The notes beneath the pieces are model-generated. The model did not search any database. It worked only from the letters and a program-made list of their open reading frames with translations, and was not told the origin of the DNA. The translations under genes were made by a program, and so were the position numbers. From NCBI RefSeq assembly GCF_013004595.1, contig NZ_JABEMC010000001.1:558001-622000 (forward strand): a DNA stretch of 64,000 bases, read 5' to 3'. Shown here piece after piece: positions 1-8,814 of the stretch (within the stretch, counting starts at the first letter, position 1; every line of letters begins with the position of its first letter). This stretch comes from Brevibacterium luteolum (GTDB taxonomy: Bacteria; Actinomycetota; Actinomycetes; Actinomycetales; Brevibacteriaceae).

Positions 1-2
1 CG

Positions 3-1901
3 AACCAGCTGCTGGAGGGCAAGCTGGAGACGATGGGCTTCATCACCACCGAAGGCTATGAGTTCGTCCTCGAGATCGCCCGTCAGGCCGTGCCCGACGG
101 CTACGGAAACTCCTACTTCTGGGTCAAGCCCGAACGCATCGTCACCGCCGACCGTGTCAAGACCGTCGGCGGCCGTCTCGACTTCGAAGGCACCGAGGTC
201 CGCCCGTTCGACGAGGACGGCGCCAGGGCTGTCGCCGCTTGGTTCCGCGACGCCGGCATCAACGTCCTGGGCGTCAACTTCCTGCACGCCTACGCCAACC
301 CGGCCCACGAGCAGCGGATGCGTGAGATCCTCACCGAAGTCCACCCCGAGGCGATCGTGTCGCTGAGCTCCGAGGTGCTGCGGGAGTACCGCGAATACGA
401 GCGCTCGATGACCACCCTCGTCGATGCCTCTGTCAAGCCGAAGGTCTCCCGCTACGTCGCCAACATCCATGAGCGCCTCGATCAGTTCACCGGCGCCGAG
501 CACGGCGACCGTGAGCCGATCCCGTTCTACATCATGAAGTCCAACGGCGGTGTGCTCTCCGCCGACGAGGTCGTCCACCAGCCGATCACCACCGTGCTGT
601 CCGGGCCGGCGGCAGGCGCCCTCGGCGCCGGCCTCATCGCCCAGGAAGCCGGGTTCTCCAAAGTCCTCACCTGTGACGGCGGCGGCACCTCCACCGACGT
701 CACCGTCATCATCGACGGCGAACCGGCGCTCACAACCGAGGGGTCGGTGGGTGTCTACCCGTCGAAGATCCCAATGATCGACGTTGTCACCGTCGGTGCC
801 GGCGGCGGTTCGATCGCCTGGACGACCGAAGAGGGTCAGCTCAAGGTCGGCCCGCAGTCGGCTGGCGCCGATCCGGGACCGATCTGCTACGGCCAGGGCG
901 GCACCGAACCCACGATCACGGACGCCCACCTGCTGCTCGGTCGCATTCCGCCCCACCTCCTCGGCGGCGAGATCCCACTCGACGTCGAGGCCGCCCGCAC
1001 CGGCATCGAAGAACTCGCCGGTCGCCTCGGGCTCAGCGTTGAGAAGTGCGCGACCGGCATCCTGGAGATCTCCGCCTGGAACCAGGCGAATGCGCTGCGT
1101 CAGATCTCCGTCAAGCGCGGCCTCGACGTCCGTGACTTCATGCTCGCCTCCTTCGGCGGCTCCGGTTCGCTGCTGGCCTGCCGGCTCGTCGACCTCCTCG
1201 ACCTCGCAGGCGTCATCGTCCCGCTCAACCCCGGCAACGTCTCTGCGTTCGGGCTGCTGACCGTCGACGTCAAGAACGACTACGTGCAGACGCATGTCGC
1301 CAAGGACGAAGGACTCGACCTCGGCACCATCGACAGCATCTTCACCGCTCTGCAGGATCGTGCGGCAGCTGCACTCGACGCCGAAGGATTCGCCGCCGCC
1401 GACCACCGCTACGACCGGTCGGCTGACCTGCGCTACTTCGGGCAGGCCTTCGAAGTCCGCGTGCCGGCACCGGCCGGGGAGATCACCCGTGAGTGGGCCG
1501 ATGAGGTCACCGACGCCTTCCACACTGAGCACCGCCGCCTCTACGGCTACGACTTCAAGGGCGATGGCGACCAGTTCGTCGAATGGGTCAACCTGCGCGT
1601 CTCCGGCATCGGCCCGATCCAGCGGCCAGAGCTCGCCAAGCTTGGGGAGGCCTCTGCCGCCCAGCCGCTTAACGACAGGGCGCTGGCCAGCCAGCGTCAG
1701 GTGTGCTTCGACGCAGACGACGGCTACGTCACCGCCGACGTCTACTGGCGGCCCGAGCTGCTTTCCGGAGATGTCATCTCGGGTCCGGCGATCATCGAGG
1801 AGTTCGGTTCGACCGTGCCCGTGCATCCCGGCTTCACCGTCCGCGTCGATGACGCCGGCAACCTCGTCATCACCCGCAGCTCATCCGCCGACCAGTCCTG
1901 A
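3..1901 (+). CDS. Hydantoinase/oxoprolinase family protein, A (ATP-binding) subunit; 5' end lies upstream of the window
   Basis: The frame is open from base 3 (NQLLEGKLETMGFITT). Motifs: REYERSMTT, MKSNGG, LSGPAAG, DGGGTSTD, GAGGGSIA, GPQSAGADPGP, FGGSG, DLRYFGQ. Confidence 0.92.
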   Translation, partial: NQLLEGKLETMGFITTEGYEFVLEIARQAVPDGYGNSYFWVKPERIVTADRVKTVGGRLDFEGTEVRPFDEDGARAVAAWFRDAGINVLGVNFLHAYANPAHEQRMREILTEVHPEAIVSLSSEVLREYREYERSMTTLVDASVKPKVSRYVANIHERLDQFTGAEHGDREPIPFYIMKSNGGVLSADEVVHQPITTVLSGPAAGALGAGLIAQEAGFSKVLTCDGGGTSTDVTVIIDGEPALTTEGSVGVYPSKIPMIDVVTVGAGGGSIAWTTEEGQLKVGPQSAGADPGPICYGQGGTEPTITDAHLLLGRIPPHLLGGEIPLDVEAARTGIEELAGRLGLSVEKCATGILEISAWNQANALRQISVKRGLDVRDFMLASFGGSGSLLACRLVDLLDLAGVIVPLNPGNVSAFGLLTVDVKNDYVQTHVAKDEGLDLGTIDSIFTALQDRAAAALDAEGFAAADHRYDRSADLRYFGQAFEVRVPAPAGEITREWADEVTDAFHTEHRRLYGYDFKGDGDQFVEWVNLRVSGIGPIQRPELAKLGEASAAQPLNDRALASQRQVCFDADDGYVTADVYWRPELLSGDVISGPAIIEEFGSTVPVHPGFTVRVDDAGNLVITRSSSADQS

Positions 1902-1931
1902 GCCCGCGCCGAAACCAGAAGGAGACCAGAT

Positions 1932-3944
1932 ATGACGACAACCCCCACTGATTCCGGCTCGATGCTCTCGACCACTCCGCTGACCGGTGAGCAGCTCGAG
2001 GCCTACATCGCCGCCGAGCCGATCAACCCGGCCGGTCTGCCCCGGCCCTATGAGCACGGCGGACGTCTCACCCCGGAGGGCACCACCGTCGATCCGATCA
2101 TCGTCGAAATCGTCGAAGGCACCCTCGCCAGTGTTGAGATGGAAGTCGAGACCGCGATCTCGCGGACCTCGCGTTCGCCGATGATCCGCGACGCCCACGA
2201 CTTCCGCGCCGGCATCCACGACCGGCAGCTGCGCAAGCTCACCGGCCGGTCCTACTCCGCGCTCGTCCACCCGATCGTGCGCGACTTCCCGCTCGACACG
2301 ATGGAGGAAGGCGATGTCTTCTTCCACAACGATGTCTACGAGTCCGAAGGCGGCATCGGCCACCTGCCCGACCTGTGCGTGACTGTGCCGGTCTTCCACG
2401 ACGGCGAGGTGGTGTGCTTCGTGCAGGCCTTCGGCCACCATGACGACATCGGCGGTGCCTGCCCCGGCTCGATGCCCTCGGGTGCGACGAGCGTGCACGA
2501 AGAGGGACTCGCCGTCCCGCCGATCAAGCTGTGGTCCTGCGGTGAGCCCAACCGCGCTGCCCTGCGGATCATGACTCGCAACTCCCGCATGCCCGATTCG
2601 CTGGCCGCTGACCTCGACGCCGAATGCTCGGCCTGCCTCATGGGTGCGCGCCGGCTCGGGGAGCTCTTCTCCCGCTATGGCCGTGACACGATCGAAGCGG
2701 CCTTCGACACGATCCTCGACAACACCACCGAGCTGTACCGCCGGGAGATCCTGTCGAAGATCCCCGACGGCCAGTACGTGTGGGAGGACTACGCCGAGCA
2801 CGACGGTGTCGAGGACCCGAAGCTGCACACCCAGCGGATCACCCTGACGAAGACCTCGACGGGTGGGCCGGGCGATGGCCCGAGGCTCATCCTCGACTTC
2901 ACCGGCACCGCCGCTCAGGCGAGAGGACCGATCAACCACTGCGGCGACTACGTCGGCGGGAACTTCCTCAAAAAATGGCTCGCCCCGATCCTGCGCAACC
3001 TCGCCGACTCCCCGGAACGGATGGGCGAGCTCGACGTCAACGAGGGCATCGTCCCGCTCATCGAGATGCGCTTCCCGGAGAAGGGCACCCTGCTGACCCC
3101 GATCTACCCGGGTCCGACGAACGCCCGCACCTTCGTCATCCTGCGGCTGCTCGGCGTGCTCGCCGGGGTCGTCGCGAAGGCTGTCGACGGGAAGATGCCG
3201 GCAGACCAGGAGACGATCCGCTACACCGGTGTGTACGGCAAGGACCGCGACGGCAACGACTACCTCATGCGCGAGGTGCTCGGCGGCGGCTCGGGCGGCC
3301 GCTACTACGCCGACGGTGAGGACACCATCCACGTCGTGCCCGATTCCCGGAACCTGCCCACCGAATTCACCGAATCCCGGTTCCCCTTCCGCGTCGAGCG
3401 GCTCGGACTCGCCGTCGACTCCGGCGGCGCCGGACGCTACCGCGGTGGGCTGGGCTACGAGAAGCACATCCATATGCTCAAGGACGCGCACTTCATGTCG
3501 ATCGCCGACCGGTCGATCCTCGCTTGCTGGGGCGTCAAGGGCGGCAAGGCCGGCCGGCCGTTCCAGGTCACCATCGACCCCGGCGGGCCGAACGAACGCG
3601 AGATCGACGCGCTCGCTGATGCCGAACCGGTCCGGGCAGGTGAGACGATCCGCATCCGCACCACCGGAGGCGGCGGCTGGGGCGACCCGCTCGACCGTCC
3701 CCTCGACGAGGTCGAACGCGACTTGCGGTGGGGCAAGGTCAGCATCGACGGGGCCCGCAGCGACTACGGCGTCATCGCCAGCGTCGACGACGGTGAGGTC
3801 ACCATCGACACGGCGGCCTCGACGCAGCTGCGGCAGCAGATGCGCGAGAAGCGCACCGGTGAGGAGCCATTCTTCGACCGCGGACCCGGGTACGCGCGCC
3901 TGGCCGGCGACGGCAGCGACGCACCCGCTGTCGACTGGCTTTGA
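1932..3944 (+). CDS. Hydantoinase B/oxoprolinase family protein
   Basis: Motifs DPIIVEIV, RSPMIRDAHDF, HNDVY..GHLPD, GHHDDIGG..PGSM, DSGGAGRYRGGLG, TGGGGWGDP. RBS AAGGAG upstream. Confidence 0.92.
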   Translation: MTTTPTDSGSMLSTTPLTGEQLEAYIAAEPINPAGLPRPYEHGGRLTPEGTTVDPIIVEIVEGTLASVEMEVETAISRTSRSPMIRDAHDFRAGIHDRQLRKLTGRSYSALVHPIVRDFPLDTMEEGDVFFHNDVYESEGGIGHLPDLCVTVPVFHDGEVVCFVQAFGHHDDIGGACPGSMPSGATSVHEEGLAVPPIKLWSCGEPNRAALRIMTRNSRMPDSLAADLDAECSACLMGARRLGELFSRYGRDTIEAAFDTILDNTTELYRREILSKIPDGQYVWEDYAEHDGVEDPKLHTQRITLTKTSTGGPGDGPRLILDFTGTAAQARGPINHCGDYVGGNFLKKWLAPILRNLADSPERMGELDVNEGIVPLIEMRFPEKGTLLTPIYPGPTNARTFVILRLLGVLAGVVAKAVDGKMPADQETIRYTGVYGKDRDGNDYLMREVLGGGSGGRYYADGEDTIHVVPDSRNLPTEFTESRFPFRVERLGLAVDSGGAGRYRGGLGYEKHIHMLKDAHFMSIADRSILACWGVKGGKAGRPFQVTIDPGGPNEREIDALADAEPVRAGETIRIRTTGGGGWGDPLDRPLDEVERDLRWGKVSIDGARSDYGVIASVDDGEVTIDTAASTQLRQQMREKRTGEEPFFDRGPGYARLAGDGSDAPAVDWL

Positions 3945-3946
3945 GC

Positions 3947-4903
3947 ATGCGCGTGCTCATCGCCCTCGGCGGCAATGCGATGACCGCCCCCGACGGCTCA
4001 TCCTCACCGGATGACCAGCGGGCGGCGATCGCGCAGGCCTGCGGGCACATCGCCGAGCTGTTGGCCGACGGCCACGAGGTCATCATCACCCACGGCAACG
4101 GCCCACAGGTCGGCAACATCCTGCGCAAGAACGAACTCGCCGCCGCAGAGCTGCCGCCGGTGTCGCTCGACTGGTGCGGCGCACAGACCCAGGGGACGAT
4201 CGGGTTCACTATCGTCAACCGGCTCGAACAGGAGCTCACCACCCGGGGCATGCGCAGGCCAGTCGCCGCCGTCGTCACCCGCACGCGAGTCGACGGCGAC
4301 GACCCGGCCTTCGCCGACCCGGTCAAGCCGATCGGCACCTACCGGGATGCCGCCCATGCCGAGCAGATGAGCCGGCACGGGCAGGTGTGGAAGGACTTCG
4401 GGGCCCGCGGCTGGCGGCGCGTTGTGCCCTCCCCGCGGCCGCTGGAGATCCTGGAGACCCCGACGATCGCCACGCTCGTCGCCGCCGGGTGGGTGGTCGT
4501 GGCCGCCGGCGGAGGCGGCATCCCGGTGGTGGCTGATGGATCGGGCTGGAACGGCGTCGAGGCTGTCATCGACAAGGACCTCTCCGCCGCCCGGCTGGCC
4601 GCCGACCTCGACGTCGACCGGCTCGTCATCGCCACCGACGTCGAGCACGCGATCATCGGCTACGGCACCGAGGACGAACAGCCGATCGGTGAGATCACCG
4701 CCGCGCAGATGCAGCGGCTCGCCGATGCCGGGCACTTCGCCTCCGGGTCGATGGGCCCGAAGGTCGAAGCAGTCGTCGACTTCGCCGCCTCCGGCCGCGG
4801 CGTCGGCATCATCACCGCGCTTGCCGCCGTGCCGGCGGCCATCGCCGGGAGAACCGCCACGCGGGTCACACCAGCCGCCGCCAGGGGAGCAGCCAGCTCC
4901 TAG
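3947..4903 (+). CDS. arcC: Carbamate kinase
   Basis: IALGGNA, THGNGPQVG, AQTQG.IG, DDPAF..P.KPIG, GWRRVVPSP.P, GGGGIPV, GVEAVIDKD, GSMGPKVEA. Confidence 0.95.
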   Translation: MRVLIALGGNAMTAPDGSSSPDDQRAAIAQACGHIAELLADGHEVIITHGNGPQVGNILRKNELAAAELPPVSLDWCGAQTQGTIGFTIVNRLEQELTTRGMRRPVAAVVTRTRVDGDDPAFADPVKPIGTYRDAAHAEQMSRHGQVWKDFGARGWRRVVPSPRPLEILETPTIATLVAAGWVVVAAGGGGIPVVADGSGWNGVEAVIDKDLSAARLAADLDVDRLVIATDVEHAIIGYGTEDEQPIGEITAAQMQRLADAGHFASGSMGPKVEAVVDFAASGRGVGIITALAAVPAAIAGRTATRVTPAAARGAASS

Positions 4904-4937
4904 ACTGGAGACAGACTGCCAGGCTCAAGGAGGGATC

Positions 4938-5599
4938 GTGAGGCACGCACTCAACAGCGACATCGCGGGCATCGTGCTCGCCGCCGGTGCCGGTTCGCGC
5001 CTCGGTGTGCCCAAGGGTCTGCTGCGCACCGCCTGCGGGAAGCCGGTCGTGGCCAGCCTGTGCGACCAGCTGACGGCCGCTGGGCTTTCCGAGATCGTCG
5101 TCGTCACCGGTGCCGCCGCCGAGGCGGTCGCCGCCGGAGTGCCGGCAGGGGCCCGGGCCACCCACGCCCCGGACTGGCAGGACGGCCTGTCGGCCTCGCT
5201 GCGAGCCGGGCTGCGCGCTGTTGCCGATGCATCTGCCGACGAGCGTATCCGCGCTGTCGTCATCCTGCTCGCCGACGTCCCCGACATCACCGCGGCCGCC
5301 ATCGAGGCCGTCATCGCCGCTGCCCGCGTGCAGAGCATCGAGACGAGCCTCGTGCGGGCGACGTTCGGCGAGCGTCCCGGCCACCCTGTCGTCATCGGAT
5401 CGCAGCACTGGCAGCAGGTCATCGACACGGCCGCTGGGGACTCCGGCGCGAAGGCGGTCTTCGCCTCGGGAGCGGTGCGCGAAGTCGACTGCAGGCACCT
5501 GTGCGCCGGCATCGATATCGACACTCCCGGGCAGCTGCAGGCCGCCGGCCTGGAGCTGCCGGAGCTGCTGCCCGACGCATGCGCACGGGAGGAGAGCCG

Positions 5600-5603
<4 letters not shown>
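4938..5603 (+). CDS. mocA: Molybdenum cofactor cytidylyltransferase (MocA-like nucleotidyltransferase)
   Basis: GTG start after AAGGAGGG. Motifs LAAGAGSRLG.PK, GLSASL.AG, LADVP, GHPV, GDSGA, DIDTP. Context is Mo-hydroxylase genes. Confidence 0.8.
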
Positions 5604-6507
<904 letters not shown>

Positions 6508-6511
<4 letters not shown>

Positions 6512-7569
6512 CGATGACCGCAGTGCTCACCGACTTCGCGCGCAGCCTCGCCCGCCACGGATATCCCGCCGACCCCGGCCGGCTGCACACCGCCGTCGCC
6601 GGACTCGGCGCACTCGGCACGATCGAACGGCGTCACGTCTACACCGTCACCCGCGCCGCCTGGTGCACCACCGCTGAGCAGTGGGCGGACTTCAGCGTCC
6701 ACTTCGAGCGGTTCTTCTCACGCCACCCAGCCACCGCGTCCCCGCCGGACATCGAGGTCGAGGTCGAGGTGCCTGACGCGCTGCCCGGTGATGATGACAC
6801 CGATACCGGCGACCCCGAACCACGGGCTTCCGCAGCCTCGAAGGCCGCAGTGCTGCGCGAGACCGACATCGCCGAACTCCTCGATTCCCAGGCCGCCGAC
6901 GCCCGTGCCCAGCTCGCCCGGCTGCGCCTGAGCCCACCGCAGCGCCGCCGGCCGCGCTACCGGCGCGGGCGCGCCGACCGCCTGCACCTGCGGCAAGCCC
7001 TGCGCGAACTGCTCACCACCGGGGAGATCACGAGCCTGCCGGGACAGGAGCGCCGCGAGGTGCCCCGCCCGATCGTCATCGTCTTCGACGTCTCGGCAAG
7101 CATGCAGCCCTTCCACACCATGCAGCTGGCCTTCGCATCAGCCGCAGCCGAGGGCGGCCGGCACGTCAGCGTCTTCACCGCCGGCACCGAACTGACCGAT
7201 ATCACCGCAGGCGTGCGCACCATCCGGCCCGGTGCCCGCAGCGGACAGATCCCCGACCTCGGCGGCGGCACCCGGCTCGGTGAGACCCTCCAGCAGCTGA
7301 TCAACCGGCACGCCGGCAGGCTGCGCGGGGCCACCCTCATCGTCATGTCCGACGGATGGGAAGACGGCGACACCGAGAAACTCACCGCAGCCGCAGTCCG
7401 TGCCAGCCGTTTGTGCACACGGTTCCTGTGGGTCAACCCGCGGGCCGGGCGAACCGGCTGGCAGCCTGAGATCCGCGGCATCCGCGCGATCCGCCCGCAC
7501 GTCGACGCGCTGCTGCCCGGCACCACCATCGCCGACTACTTCCGGCTCGCCGCAGCCGTCGCGGGGTGA
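6508..7569 (+). CDS. VWA domain protein (CoxE-like)
   Basis: MIDAS-like DVSASM, GGTRLGE, MSDGWE, WVNP. Follows the MoxR gene with an ATGA overlap. Confidence 0.85.
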
Positions 7570-7574
7570 GCGGC

Positions 7575-8750
7575 ATGCGCGACATCGCCTCCGATATCCT
7601 CGACCTGCTCACCGGTGACGAGCCCTTCGCTGTGTGCACGGTCATCCGCACGTGGTCCTCAGCACCCCGCCCGGCCGGAACTGCCATGGCGGTCACCGCC
7701 TCGGGACGGGCCATCGGGTCGCTGTCCGGCGGATGCGTCGAAGGGGCCGTGTACGCCGCCGCCCAGCTCACCATCGACGACGGCCAGCCGCGCCTGGGCC
7801 GCTACGGCGTCTCCGATGACGAGGCCTTCGCCGTCGGCCTGGCCTGCGGCGGCCGGCTCGACGTCCTCATCCGTCGCGTCGATCCGGCCGATCCTGCCGA
7901 CACCGAGCCGCTGGCGGCCACATGCCGGCAGATCCTCCTCGATGAGCCGGCTGCCCTGCTCACCCGGATTCCGCTGGCCACCGACGATCTCGGCGAGCCG
8001 ACAGGGATGGAATACGTGCTCGCCCCGCCGGCTGGCCGCTGGCTGGCGATCACCGCGCCTGAGGCGGATGCCCCGACCGTGACTGGTTCGCTCGGTGACG
8101 GACAGCTCGACTACTCCGTCGTCGACAGCGCCGTTGGGCTGTTAGCCGCCGGAACGACCCAGATCCGCGAGTACGGCGAGCACGGCGAACGCCTCGACAG
8201 CGACACTGCCGTGCTCATCAGCGCCTTCTCGCGCAAGCCGCGGATGCTCATCTTCGGAGCCATCGACTATGCGCGTGCGCTCGCGGCGGCAGCAAAGCTC
8301 GTCGGCTACCACGTCACCGTCTGCGATGCCCGGCCCGTCTTCGCCACCCCGGCGCGCTTCCCAGAGGCCGATGAGGTCGTCGTGTCCTGGCCGCATCGCT
8401 ATCTGCAGGCCGAGCTCGATGCCGGCCGGGTCGAAGAGAGCACCGCGATCGCCGTGCTCACCCACGATCTGAAGTTCGACGTGCCGCTGCTGCAGGTCGC
8501 CCTCGGCTGCCCGGCGGCCTACGTCGGGGCGATGGGCAGCAGGCGCACGAACGATCGGCGCATCGCAGCGCTGCGCGATGCCGGACTGCCAGAAGAGCTC
8601 ATCGACCGGCTCTATGCGCCCATCGGCCTCGACCTCGGCGCTCGCACCCCGGAGACGACCGCGATCTCGATCCTCGCTGAGATCACCCGGGAGCGGTGGC
8701 AGGCCAGCGGTGCGCCGCTGCGCGACACCACCGGCCCGATCCACTCCTGA
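7575..8750 (+). CDS. xdhC: XdhC/CoxI-family molybdenum cofactor insertion chaperone
   Basis: SAPRPAG, GSLSGGCVEGAV, AFAVGLACGG, FATPARFP, LTHD.KFD, YVGAMGSR, APIGLDLGARTP. Confidence 0.92.
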   Translation: MRDIASDILDLLTGDEPFAVCTVIRTWSSAPRPAGTAMAVTASGRAIGSLSGGCVEGAVYAAAQLTIDDGQPRLGRYGVSDDEAFAVGLACGGRLDVLIRRVDPADPADTEPLAATCRQILLDEPAALLTRIPLATDDLGEPTGMEYVLAPPAGRWLAITAPEADAPTVTGSLGDGQLDYSVVDSAVGLLAAGTTQIREYGEHGERLDSDTAVLISAFSRKPRMLIFGAIDYARALAAAAKLVGYHVTVCDARPVFATPARFPEADEVVVSWPHRYLQAELDAGRVEESTAIAVLTHDLKFDVPLLQVALGCPAAYVGAMGSRRTNDRRIAALRDAGLPEELIDRLYAPIGLDLGARTPETTAISILAEITRERWQASGAPLRDTTGPIHS

Positions 8751-8776
8751 GCGGCCCGATCCACTCCTGAGCGGCC
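8732..8776. repeat. 20-bp tandem duplication (CGGCCCGATCCACTCCTGAG x2 plus a partial copy) spanning the xdhC stop
   Basis: Exact copies at 8732-8751 and 8752-8771. Confidence 0.9.
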
Positions 8777-8807
8777 GGCCGGCCCCAAGGCTCAGCCGGC
8801 CGCTCAG
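8767..8807. terminator. GC-rich hairpin between the convergent xdhC and fdrA-fusion genes
   Basis: CTGAGCGGCCGGC ... GCCGGCCGCTCAG inverted repeat. Confidence 0.6.
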
Positions 8808-8814
8808 CTCGTGC

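Noticed and set aside
1881..3491. Long antisense and alternate-frame ORFs (e.g. 1881-3491, 8578-10866, 30712-32073, 54270-55928, 58792-60537)
   Set aside because: Shadow ORFs expected in high-GC DNA. They overlap genes with clear family motifs and show none themselves.
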